Of a DNA stretch of 64,000 nucleotides, positions 8,645-20,242 are shown piece after piece (position 1 is the first letter of the stretch; every line of letters begins with the position of its first letter). A program made the translations under genes and the position numbers. The notes beneath the pieces were generated by a model that was not told where the DNA came from, ran no database searches, and saw nothing but the letters and a program-made list of their open reading frames with translations. Origin of the DNA: Candidatus Poribacteria bacterium (GTDB taxonomy: Bacteria; Poribacteria; WGA-4E; WGA-3G); assembly GCA_963665235.2 (NCBI GenBank), contig CAXXLX010000002.1, forward strand, positions 128,001-192,000, in the 5' to 3' direction.

Positions 8645-10279
8645 ATGAAAGTCGTTGATGCCATTGCAAAAGTCCTTAAAGCAGAGGGCGTGGAATACCT
8701 TTTTGCATATCCGGTTAACCCCATCATCGAAGCAGCAGCCAAAATCGATATCCGGCCCATCATCGTCCGGCAGGAACGTATCGGGTTACACATGGCAGAC
8801 GCAATCAGCCGAATGACCTCCGGCCAACAAATTGGCGTATTCTGCATGCAAAGCGGCCCCGGCTCCGAAAACGCATTCGGCGGCGTTGCCCAAGCCTACG
8901 GCGATTCCGCACCCATTGTCGTTTTACCCATGGGATATGCGCGACCGCTGTCCCAAATCCAACCCAACTTCAATTCCGCCCTGAACTATCGGCACGTAAC
9001 AAAGTCGTGCGAACAACTCACAGTACCAGAGGCACTGCCAGAAGTGATGCGGCGCGCCTTCACACAGGTCCGAAACGGTAGACCCAGACCTGCCCTTGTA
9101 GAAATTCCCGGCGACCTCATGTCGCAGGAAATTCCTGAACCCTTTGAACCCACACCGGTACCCAGAGTCCGATACGCACCCGACACCGCAGAAATTGAAG
9201 CAGTCGCAGACGCTTTAGTCAACGCAGAGCGGCCAGTTATCTATGCCGGGCAAGGTGTCCATTACGCCCAAGCATGGAACGCACTCAAAGAATTGGCGGA
9301 GCTCCTTGCAGCCCCTGTCACAACAAGTCTCGGCGGAAAAAGTGCTTTTCCGGAAGAACATCCCTTAGCCCTCGGCTCAGGCGGACGTTCTGTTCCGAAA
9401 CCGGTACATCACTTCCTCCAAAACACCGACCTCCTTTTCGGTATCGGTTGCAGTTTCAGTAGAACAAACTTCGGCGTTAGAATCCCGCAAGGCACACCTG
9501 TCATCCATGCAACGTTAGACCCGGCAGATATCAACAAAGATGTCCCAGTCGAAGCCGCACTCGTCGGCGATGCCCGGTTAACCTTAGAGGGGCTCCTTGA
9601 AGCCGTTCGCGAACGGACCACCGGCACAACCCATAGCCGAACTGCTATTGTCACCGAAGAAATTCGTAATGTCAAAGCCGAATGGCTCCAACAGTGGATG
9701 CCCAAACTCACCTCCGATGAAGTGCCGATGACACCCTATCGCGTCATCTGGGACCTCCTACACACCGTCGACGTTAAAAACACCATTATCACACATGATG
9801 CGGGGAGCCCACGTGACCAACTTTCGCCATTTTGGCACTGTATCACGCCACTCTCCTATATCGGTTGGGGAAAAACAACGCAGCTTGGCTACGGACTTGG
9901 GCTAGCGATGGGCGCGAAACTTGCAAAACCCGACGCGCTCTGCATTAACGTCTGGGGCGATGCCGCCATCGGTTTCACAGGCATGGACTTCGAAACCGCC
10001 GTCCGAGAACGCATCCCCATCCTCTCAATCCTTTTCAACAATTTCTCCATGGCAATCGAAATTCCCATTATGCCCATCTCCACCGAAAAATACCGGTCCA
10101 CAGATATATCCGGCAACTACGCAGACATGGCAAAAGCCTTCGGCGGTTACGGCGAACGCGTCGAAACACCCGACCAAATCATACCCGCCATCCAGCGCGG
10201 CATTCAAAAAACCCAAGAAGGTACACCAGCACTGCTTGAATTCCTCACGGCAAAAGAAATTGAGATTTCCAAATTCTAA
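8645..10279 (+). CDS. Thiamine pyrophosphate-dependent enzyme (acetolactate synthase-like superfamily)
   Basis: RQE, GPG and GDAA...NN TPP-binding motifs; start moved to the ATG at 8645 after aggaga. Confidence 0.9.
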   Translation: MKVVDAIAKVLKAEGVEYLFAYPVNPIIEAAAKIDIRPIIVRQERIGLHMADAISRMTSGQQIGVFCMQSGPGSENAFGGVAQAYGDSAPIVVLPMGYARPLSQIQPNFNSALNYRHVTKSCEQLTVPEALPEVMRRAFTQVRNGRPRPALVEIPGDLMSQEIPEPFEPTPVPRVRYAPDTAEIEAVADALVNAERPVIYAGQGVHYAQAWNALKELAELLAAPVTTSLGGKSAFPEEHPLALGSGGRSVPKPVHHFLQNTDLLFGIGCSFSRTNFGVRIPQGTPVIHATLDPADINKDVPVEAALVGDARLTLEGLLEAVRERTTGTTHSRTAIVTEEIRNVKAEWLQQWMPKLTSDEVPMTPYRVIWDLLHTVDVKNTIITHDAGSPRDQLSPFWHCITPLSYIGWGKTTQLGYGLGLAMGAKLAKPDALCINVWGDAAIGFTGMDFETAVRERIPILSILFNNFSMAIEIPIMPISTEKYRSTDISGNYADMAKAFGGYGERVETPDQIIPAIQRGIQKTQEGTPALLEFLTAKEIEISKF

Positions 10280-10293
10280 AAAGGAGTTTTCAA

Positions 10294-11088
10294 ATGAAAC
10301 ATCTTATAACTCTTCTCCTTATCGTTCTAACCCTCAGCTTCAACGCCTGGGCAATCAACAACGACAAGGCGCTCATGCTATACCTCCCATTTGACGAAGG
10401 CAACGGAGACACAGCCAAAGATGCAAGTGGGAATAACCTCGAAGCCAAACTTCACGGCGCAACCTGGTCTGACGAAGGCAAAATAGGCGGTTGCATACAC
10501 CTTCCGGATACTGCAAAGTATTTGGAAATCGAATCCGTACCTGAACTCGACATTACAGACGAAATCACAATCCAAGCCTGGTTTTTCCCAGAACAGAACC
10601 AAGGCGACTCTAACCTAATGGGACGTAGAACAGCAGCCAACCTCGGAGGGTATTGTCTTCAGTGGAGTTCAAATCCCACCGGATTCCCACAAATTGAGAC
10701 ATGGATGAACGTCGGGGGTGGATGGCAGGGTTCACGAAACAAACAGACCATTAAGCCTGCGTTGAACGAGTGGCATCATGTCTCCTCCACCTTTGATGGC
10801 GACATGATTCGACAATATATAGATGGCGAATTGGATGTAGAATTTAAACCACCTGGTAAAAACATCCACAGCGTCGACATCGTCTTCCGCATCGGCAAAT
10901 CCCAGACAGGACTTGCTGGCACAGTATGCCGTATTGATGAGGTCGCCATTTACAACCGTGCCCTCTCCGCCGATGAAATTAACCAAGACATGAATAAAGG
11001 CGTGACCTTTGCCGTATCCCCCGGTGACAAACTCGCCACAACCTGGGGCAATTTAAAACTCGTAGGGGCTGGGTCTCCCCGTCCGTAG
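10294..11088 (+). CDS. Secreted LamG-like jellyroll protein
   Basis: Signal peptide, YLPFDEG, WHHV..TFDG, IDEVAIYNRALS, C-terminal KLATTWG. Confidence 0.88.
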   Translation: MKHLITLLLIVLTLSFNAWAINNDKALMLYLPFDEGNGDTAKDASGNNLEAKLHGATWSDEGKIGGCIHLPDTAKYLEIESVPELDITDEITIQAWFFPEQNQGDSNLMGRRTAANLGGYCLQWSSNPTGFPQIETWMNVGGGWQGSRNKQTIKPALNEWHHVSSTFDGDMIRQYIDGELDVEFKPPGKNIHSVDIVFRIGKSQTGLAGTVCRIDEVAIYNRALSADEINQDMNKGVTFAVSPGDKLATTWGNLKLVGAGSPRP

Positions 11089-11165
11089 GGGCTTATAACA
11101 CGACGGGCCTCCGGACCCGTCTATCCTCTAAACCTGTTAAGCTTCTTCCTAAGGAGGAAACATTC

Positions 11166-11954
11166 ATGAAAACCTACACGCTCATGATACTCACTATTTT
11201 TCTAAGCTTCACTTTCTGCCCAACAGGATTCACCGCAGGCGGAAAAGGGAACGTAAAACAACTTGGCGAAAAACTCTATATCTGGCATTTCGACGAAGGT
11301 GCTGGAAAAGAGACCGAAGACTCCACCGCCGGCTTAGTCGGTCAATTCCATGGCGATGTGACGTGGACTGAAGGCGTTGCGAACAGAGCCGTCCAAATGG
11401 CAGGCACAGCAGGCGATGCCGCCTTTATAGAGATACCTCATTCCGATGAAATTGATATAGACGAAGCCATTACCATGATGGCGTGGATTTACCTAGACGA
11501 ACTGCCCGCCGGTGGGCAGGAGAACAAAGGCACCATCTTCTACAAAAACACCTACTATTTACAAGTTGAACCAGGGGCAGGGCAACTCGCCTACTACTTC
11601 TACGACACCGACAACCCCGGCTACCATATTTCCGATGGCAGGTTAAAGGCGAAGGAGTGGACACATGTTGCTGTTGTTTGGAACGGAACAGAAGCCCGGT
11701 TCTATATCAACGGCGAGCATGATGGCAAAGTCATCCCTCAAAAAGGGGTTGGCAGAAGTTCACCGAATAAAACCCTGCGACTTGGCGGTGAGAACAATGC
11801 GTGTTGTCCCCGGTTCTTCCAGGGCCGCATGGATGAGGTCATGTTAGCCAACTATCCGTTGTCTGAAGCCGACATCCAAAAAATCGTCAAAGAGACACTT
11901 GATGTTTCCGCCCGTGGCAAATTAGCACTTACCTGGGCCCATCTAAAATTGTAG
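11166..11954 (+). CDS. Secreted LamG-like jellyroll protein
   Basis: Signal peptide, WHFDEG, WTHVAVVW, GRMDEV, C-terminal KLALTW. Confidence 0.88.
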   Translation: MKTYTLMILTIFLSFTFCPTGFTAGGKGNVKQLGEKLYIWHFDEGAGKETEDSTAGLVGQFHGDVTWTEGVANRAVQMAGTAGDAAFIEIPHSDEIDIDEAITMMAWIYLDELPAGGQENKGTIFYKNTYYLQVEPGAGQLAYYFYDTDNPGYHISDGRLKAKEWTHVAVVWNGTEARFYINGEHDGKVIPQKGVGRSSPNKTLRLGGENNACCPRFFQGRMDEVMLANYPLSEADIQKIVKETLDVSARGKLALTWAHLKL

Positions 11955-12300
11955 GGTTGTGCTGTTCCCGCGATGTTTTTCTTCTGTAGGAGCGTGCTGT
12001 TCCCGCGATGTTTTTCTTCTGTAGGAGCGTGCTTCGCACGCGATATTCTTTCTCTTCTGATGAATTTTGACGTTCAAGTTGGGTATTCGTAGGGGCGTGG
12101 TCTCCATGCCCGAGCTACAGAAACTCGCAAACCAAGCAGGTTGGGGAGCCCAACCCCTACGTATCCAATTACCGATTTTGATTGTCAAATTTGATTAGAC
12201 GAGATCCCTCCCCCATTATCCTCTGTTCGGAAAATATAAGAAAACACAATATCGTAGGGGCTAGGTCCCCTCGCCTGCTATCCTTTGTCCGGAAAATATA
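11951..12300. repeat. Cluster of GTAG-REPs, including a ~35-bp tandem and an inverted pair
   Basis: gtaggagcgtgctgttcccgcgatgtttttcttct variants x3; gtaggggcgtgg... and ...cccctac. Confidence 0.75.
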
Positions 12301-14260
12301 GGAAAACGCAATTCTGACAAAAAATGCGTAGATGTTAGCAACATCCCTCTTTTTCCGCGTCCTCTGCGTTCTCCGTGCTAATCCGCGATACAGACAAAAA
12401 AGATGTAGCATAAGCACAAAAACTTTACGCACTATTCCAAACTGGTTCGATTAAAAGATTTTGGGGTTAAGTGCTATAACCTCGTTTAGAATTGTTTCTA
12501 TTCCAAACTGGTTCGATTAAAAGACGCGGTCTCCTCCGTGGCGCGAACCTGATACGGGTTTCTATTCCAAACTGGTTCGATTAAAACGAGAAATATGATG
12601 CATTATCGCGTGTTTCTAGAAGCCACTGGTTCGACGTAAAAGGTGAGAACACGCTAATTACAGTGATAAAAAAACAAAGTTTCTATTCCAAACTGGTTCG
12701 ATTAAAAGGAAACCTATCCAAGCTGCCGTTAAAAAAGCAGTTACGTTTCTATTCCAAACTGGTTCGATTAAAAGTGATTCGTGATGCACGTGACCGCCAT
12801 AGATACGCGTATATGTTTCTATTCCAAACTGGTTCGATTAAAAGCACAATCGATTCAGGCGTTTTTCTTGATGGCAGGACGACGTTTCTATTCCAAACTG
12901 GTTCGATTAAAAGTGACGGATACCCAGACACGCCGAGGTGAAGTGCAATAGTTTCTATTCCAAACTGGTTCGATTAAAAGTCTGCAATCATTGCGAGGCG
13001 ATAAATGTGTGTTCCGGTTTCTATTCCAAACTGGTTCGATTAAAAGTCATCAAACTGAATAAAACCTCTAACACCATGCCCGTTTCTATTCCAAACTGGT
13101 TCGATTAAAAGGTTTTGTGACTCGTTAACCCCCAAGGGCCGTGTAATCAGTTTCTATTCCAAACTGGTTCGATTAAAAGATGACACACTTGTTATCCAAT
13201 CTGTCGCTGCGGAGTTTCTATTCCAAACTGGTTCGATTAAAAGTAAGAAATCGCGGCTTCAGTTGGGTTCGTTGATAGGCGTTTCTATTCCAAACTGGTT
13301 CGATTAAAAGATTATCCGAGTGGCACGATTCGGTATATATCTTTATAGTTTCTATTCCAAACTGGTTCGATTAAAAGTCCATGGCTTGAAAGACGCGTTG
13401 AATAATTTCTTCAGTTTCTATTCCAAACTGGTTCGATTAAAAGCAAGACTTAGCCCCCGCCACCAGCAGCATGCATTCTTGGTTTCTATTCCAAACTGGT
13501 TCGATTAAAAGTCGAGAAAGGACATTGGAGTTGGCAAATGCTCGCACTAGTTTCTATTCCAAACTGGTTCGATTAAAAGTGAGGAGAAAGTTTTAGAGAA
13601 ATGTCGTCAACTCATAAGTTTCTATTCCAAACTGGTTCGATTAAAAGTCGAAGAGCTTGAAAACCTCCTCGACGAATGGATTCGTTTCTATTCCAAACTG
13701 GTTCGATTAAAAGTAACACCAGCAACCGACCTGGACACGTCCCTAAACTGTCGTTTCTATTCCAAACTGGTTCGATTAAAAGGTATAGCGTTCCGAAACT
13801 TATTCTAAAACCATGAGTTTCTATTCCAAACTGGTTCGATTAAAAGTCAGTTGATGACACCTATCAGAGATAAACAGGCGCGTTTCTATTCCAAACTGGT
13901 TCGATTAAAAGTCAACTTCAAACTCGTTGAGTATTAGAGACCTTATCAAGTTTCTATTCCAAACTGGTTCGATTAAAAGTTTGCGGGCACTGCACAGCAA
14001 ACACCCCCGCCTCCAGGTTTCTATTCCAAACTGGTTCGATTAAAAGATATACTCAATTCATCACATAACTCCGATTTTAACACGTTTCTATTCCAAACTG
14101 GTTCGATTAAAAGATACTGCCCCGTAACCCTGATATGGTAGCACTTGCCGAGTTTCTATTCCAAACTGGTTCGATTAAAAGAAAGCTTTAGAAAAAGCAA
14201 AAGCACTTGAAGCACTGTTTCTATTCCAAACTGGTTCGATTAAAAGCGCCAGAGGAGCTA

Positions 14261-15491
14261 GTGCTAGGTCATGCGGTAATTGACGGGTAAAGTTTTTTGA
14301 GTTTTATACGTGCATCGTCAGTTGTAAACCGCCAACTTATATCGGCACGTTGTTCGTTTCTTCGGTCTTGCCACGCCCGTATCTCCTTCTTTAGGGTCTC
14401 TTGGTCAGCGATCCGCTTTGAAAGACAGCCGCGGGATAGCACCGATAGTTCAATCTCCGCCATATTCAACCAACTGCCATGCTTCGGGGTATAGTGAAAC
14501 TCAAGTCTTTTCGCAATACGCCGGGCTTCAGCCGGTTCAAAAGCTTTATACAGCGAAGCGGTTTTATGTGTGTTGAGATTGTCACAAACGAGTGTAATCT
14601 TTTCAGCCTCCGGAAAATGGACATCCACTAGGTCTCGGCAAATGAAGGCAAAGTCAATGCTTGTGCGTCTGTCGGTTACCTCAACGTGCCGAAATCCGTC
14701 AAAGGGTGCGAAAATCATGAACAGATTACTCACACCATTTCGCTGGTATTGATAATCATATCGGAGCGGAGCCCCTTCAACCATGGGTAAAGGGCTTCGG
14801 GTTTCTTTGATGTGTTGTTTACTTGTTTCATCAACACAAACTACAGGATTTTTGGTATCTTGTGGACGCTGATAGACTTCGAGAACATCCTCCATCGCTG
14901 CAACGAACTCCGCATTTGATTCGGGAGGAATACACCATTGCTTTTTTAGCCAAGGTCTAAGTTCGTTTTTTTTAGGACCCGGCGTATGGTCTCGTGAGAT
15001 ATGCTATCAAAATGTTCCAACTCCACCATCTTTTCCGCTAACAGCCGAAGCGTCCATCTCGCACACCCCTCTGGCGGTTCCGAGCAAACTAAAGCGATAA
15101 GATGTGCTTCTTTTTCACCATCAAACTTTTTGCCTGGGGTGTCTGAACGCTTTTTCGGGTTGAGTGCGGCTGTGAGGTTTTCAAGCACAAAGGCTTTACG
15201 GGTTCTCTCAATAGTCGGTATTGAAACTTCAACAGCCTCTTTTATTTTATCATCGGTGTAGGCGGGTCCGAACTCGCCTTCATCGGCTTTCAATAGGATC
15301 CGGGCACGGGTAAGTTTGCGTGCCGATTCTTTCCCAGAAGATATCAGAGTAATGAGATAATCTCGTTGGGACTGATCAAGAATGACTTGATATTGTTTTG
15401 CTGCCATAATAGACTCCAAGTTATGAATAATCACTTGAGTCTCATTATACCATTTTTATCAATAACTATCAAGCAGCTGTTGACTAAACAC
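14261..15491 (-). mobile_element. IS630 family element inserted in a spacer
   Basis: TA duplicated at 14259-14260 and 15492-15493 (CTAG site); imperfect terminal IRs; removal restores a 36-bp spacer. Confidence 0.93.
14269..15407 (-). CDS. IS630 transposase (HTH ORF plus DDE ORF joined by a probable -1 frameshift at the A-run near 14970)
   Basis: VCVDETSKQ, CDNLNTH and YTPKHGSWLNMAEIE motifs; RWTLRLLA in the upstream ORF. Confidence 0.9.
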
Positions 15492-17292
15492 TAGGCGACA
15501 GATACAACCATTTGCGTTTCTATTCCAAACTGGTTCGATTAAAAGGCAATGAATCTCATTATCTCGCTTGCCATATTTTCGGTTTCTATTCCAAACTGGT
15601 TCGATTAAAAGGTCTCCGTCCCCGTTCGCTGTCCGCTACGACGCGCGGTTTCTATTCCAAACTGGTTCGATTAAAAGTCACACGCACATCTAAACTCTGT
15701 GCAGGTATATCCGCGTTTCTATTCCAAACTGGTTCGATTAAAAGTGTTTCCATCTGTGGGAAGCCTCTCGTAGATGCTCCGTTTCTATTCCAAACTGGTT
15801 CGATTAAAAGCTTGCAATTGGGTTCACAAGCTGCGTTTAGTATAAGTTTCTATTCCAAACTGGTTCGATTAAAAGGGGACATGAAGACGATTTGTATGCG
15901 GACTGGCAAAATGGTTTCTATTCCAAACTGGTTCGATTAAAAGTTGTGGTCGTTTCTTTGACGAGGACGTAGCGGATCGTTTCTATTCCAAACTGGTTCG
16001 ATTAAAAGCTTGCTGGAGGTGGTGCCCGGAGGTGTGCGATGTTGCCGTTTCTATTCCAAACTGGTTCGATTAAAAGCTCTGTCCTCCTATACCTGTTTCT
16101 CGGATATATTGAGTTTCTATTCCAAACTGGTTCGATTAAAAGGCTTCATCTATGAAAAAGATTACCAAAGCGAATCTGCTTGGTTTCTATTCCAAACTGG
16201 TTCGATTAAAAGTTGTTTCCTGTGACTGGGTATTCCTTGCTGGGGTTACCGTTTCTATTCCAAACTGGTTCGATTAAAAGTCATCGTTAAACAAAGCACG
16301 TGAATTGTTAATAGAGTTTCTATTCCAAACTGGTTCGATTAAAAGGGTGTGATACTTGTAGCTATTTTACAGCTTATTTTCTGAGTTTCTATTCCAAACT
16401 GGTTCGATTAAAAGTCTTTGCGTTGCTGCTCTGTGATTTCCGTATCACCTTGTTTCTATTCCAAACTGGTTCGATTAAAAGGATACTCACACCGAATAAA
16501 ATCGTGATTCACTAATTCTGTTTCTATTCCAAACTGGTTCGATTAAAAGACTGTTGAGTATTGCATTAAATGAGATTGTATTCCGTTTCTATTCCAAACT
16601 GGTTCGATTAAAAGAATTGAGATGGCAGCAACACACGTTCGGGATGCAAAGTTTCTATTCCAAACTGGTTCGATTAAAAGGGAGGTTTGGAAATGGGTTT
16701 TTACACAGTGGACACAGGTTTCTATTCCAAACTGGTTCGATTAAAAGTCGTGGCCAACGGGGCCACAATCGTGTCAGGCAGAAGAGTTTCTATTCCAAAC
16801 TGGTTCGATTAAAAGCAATGTGATGATACGCAGTATCAATGCAATGTGGCGTTTCTATTCCAAACTGGTTCGATTAAAAGGAATGCTCGTCCTCGTAAGG
16901 TGCCTGCGTATAAGAAGTTTCTATTCCAAACTGGTTCGATTAAAAGGAATATCGCTGCTATGGAGAATAATCTAAAGTTGTGTTTCTATTCCAAACTGGT
17001 TCGATTAAAAGTCCTCCTCCGGGTCTGGGGCTGGCACGCCTACGTGTATGTTTCTATTCCAAACTGGTTCGATTAAAAGTCTACGGACAACTGAAACCGC
17101 CATCCCTTAATGGCGCGTTTCTATTCCAAACTGGTTCGATTAAAAGTCAATTCCGCCTATGGTAACCACTATGGACATCGCAGTATGTTTCTATTCCAAA
17201 CTGGTTCGATTAAAAGGTAAGGAACTAGCGAAAGTTTCCAGAACGTGACGCATAGAAATCCGCGTTTCTATTCCAAACTGGTTCGATTAAAA

Positions 17293-17557
17293 CCGATGTT
17301 GAAACATCACGCGGCCTACCATTGGACGATAGAAAACAAATCACACTGGGTTCGTGATGTCGTTTTAGGAGAGGATGCCTCAAAAGTGAGAACAGGCAGT
17401 ATCCCCCAAGTCATGGCAGCTTTACGCAACACCGCACTGGCGGTCTTACGATTTGCTGGGTATACCAAAATCTCCGAGACAATACGATCTTTCGCCGCAA
17501 AACCTAAACTCGCAGTTAACCTCATCACATGAAAATTCTTAAAACTAAATGGCCCTG
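17293..17557 (+). mobile_element. ISAs1-family 3' remnant within the array
   Basis: HWTIENKSHWVRDVVLGED...MAALRNTAL; ends in ggccctg. Confidence 0.85.
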
Positions 17558-19330
17558 TGGTAACCACTATGGACATCGCAGGAACACGTGACGCAGAAAT
17601 CCGCGTTTCTATTCCAAACTGGTTCGATTAAAAGTGACTGGGTAGCGATTCACACGGAACATGTTGAGGTTTCTATTCCAAACTGGTTCGATTAAAAGGG
17701 AGAAGCCTGCATTGCGAAGCGCATCGTTGAAAGCGTTTCTATTCCAAACTGGTTCGATTAAAAGCAAAGGTAAACATGCCCTTCTACGTCCAGTCTGAGA
17801 AGTTTCTATTCCAAACTGGTTCGATTAAAAGGTGAGGTCATACTAGAGCGGTATCGTGCGTTTGTGTATGTTTCTATTCCAAACTGGTTCGATTAAAAGT
17901 TTACAGAATTTCCAGCATAGCGTCGTAATGAAAACGGTTTCTATTCCAAACTGGTTCGATTAAAAGCGAATTACCCCACGTGATTTATGAATTAGAATCC
18001 ATGGTTTCTATTCCAAACTGGTTCGATTAAAAGACATTCACGACTGACAGCAAAAAAGGGACAGGCGAAGTTTCTATTCCAAACTGGTTCGATTAAAAGC
18101 GCGGATAGCGATGCTTATGACGCTATCCGCGCGAATGGTTTCTATTCCAAACTGGTTCGATTAAAAGAAATACGAGATTGTCGGTGCGCCAGCGACGCAA
18201 AGTCGTTTCTATTCCAAACTGGTTCGATTAAAAGGTAATTTTTCTCCCCTTTTTGCATCAGGGGGCCGCCGAGTTTCTATTCCAAACTGGTTCGATTAAA
18301 AGTTTTTCGCGTAATCTCTGTATAGAGTGTTAAAAGTGCGTTTCTATTCCAAACTGGTTCGATTAAAAGTGGGCTCGCTGGACAAGACGGTATAGATGGG
18401 TCGCCGTTTCTATTCCAAACTGGTTCGATTAAAAGAAGTGGGGGACATCATTTTTATCCATCGGTCAAAGTTTCTATTCCAAACTGGTTCGATTAAAAGG
18501 GGAAAATTTACTATGTTTATAACCATTCGGACGCAGTTTCTATTCCAAACTGGTTCGATTAAAAGTTCGATGCCACACCAAACTGGTTCGATTAAAAGCT
18601 TTTCGTTCCTCCTTAGTAGCGATTACGCGGGATGTAGTTTCTATTCCAAACTGGTTCGATTAAAAGGTATTTGGCATTAAACTTACGCATATAAAAGTCT
18701 ATGGTTTCTATTCCAAACTGGTTCGATTAAAAGATTAAGTAGGATAATCCGTACCGAGTTTTGTTTTGCCGGTTTCTATTCCAAACTGGTTCGATTAAAA
18801 GCGCGTTTCTCAGCCGCTTGACACGCGACATAAGTTTGTTTCTATTCCAAACTGGTTCGATTAAAAGAAGGCACACCGGATCAGAATATTACAGAGATTA
18901 CTGCGTTTCTATTCCAAACTGGTTCGATTAAAAGATTACTCAGTCGGCAACAAAGAAAACCCCAGCGGTGTTTCTATTCCAAACTGGTTCGATTAAAAGC
19001 ACCTGCACCATAAGACCTTACAAACTGAGCAGCATCGTTTCTATTCCAAACTGGTTCGATTAAAAGGAACAATTTCGACATGGAGTGAAAATCGTTAACC
19101 GCGGTTTCTATTCCAAACTGGTTCGATTAAAAGACAGGCATGGCACGGCTCACTTCACTGCCCTTTACGAGTTTCTATTCCAAACTGGTTCGATTAAAAG
19201 GGCCGCAACACCGGCAAAACACCCGCCTCCCGCGCAGGTTTCTATTCCAAACTGGTTCGATTAAAAGTGTTGCATGCGTTTGCTGCGTGCGGTTATCTTT
19301 GCTGGTTTCTATTCCAAACTGGTTCGATTA

Positions 19331-20236
19331 TAGTAGATTTTAGAATTACGTATACATATTGATAATCTCGGTGAGTGACTTATCTGCGTTATATTTCCGG
19401 AGCCGCTTAATGTTGGCGAAGTCCTGTTCAATCGGATTGTAGTCCGGAGAATACGGGGGCAAAAACAAAAGGGTTGCCCCTGTTGCTTCTATCAGTTCTC
19501 TACTTCGCGCCGTTTTGTGAAAAGTCGCATTGTCCATTATCACTGTGTGCGATGCTGTGAGATGCGGGCATAAGTCTTTTGATAACCAAGTGTTGAAACG
19601 CTCGGCATTGCAGCTGCCTTTGAATAAGGTGTGTGCCGCAAACTTCCCCTCTATTCGTGCAGCTATCATATTCGTTTTGGGATGTTTTTGACCGGTAACT
19701 AATGCACGAACAGGGACACCTATAGGGGCATACCCATAAGGTCTAAAAGTCTCTGGCATAAAACTGCATTCGTCCACAAAAACTAAGGACTTCCCGTTCT
19801 GTTGTTCTATTTGCAACTGTTTTTGATAGGTTTGACGCTTTTGAGGGCAGTGCTCCTTATACCCTATTGTTTTTTTTTTCGCGTAAAACCCATTTTTTTC
19901 AATGTATACCAAATACAGAAGGTGGATACCTCGAAGTGATTTGCCCGCTCTGCTAGTGTTTGATCTGGAAAATCGGTAGCGTGTTTTCGGAGTGCCTCAA
20001 CAGAGAGTGCCCGGGGGCCTCGGGGGCCCGGTTTTTCATAAGTGAAAGGGTCTTCGGCAGAGAGCCACCGGTAAATGATAGTGCGGGAAACAGAAAAGCG
20101 TTTCGATGCTTCTGTTTTACTGCCACCTGCTTCAATAAAATCTAAGACGCGTTTACGTAAATCCTTGGAATATCTCATAATATATGAAGTATACCAAATG
20201 CAGAAAAAAATGTCAACGTATTTCCATAATCTACTA
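19331..20236 (-). mobile_element. Second, unrelated IS630 family element inserted into the TA of a CRISPR repeat
   Basis: gatTA-[tagtagatt...aatctacta]-TAaaag; removal restores the repeat. Confidence 0.93.
19346..20178 (-). CDS. IS630 transposase (two ORFs, probable frameshift at the A-run near 19875)
   Basis: MRYSKDLRKRVL HTH; FVDE, MDNATFH and LPPYSPDYNPIE DDE motifs. Confidence 0.9.
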
Positions 20237-20242
20237 TAAAAG

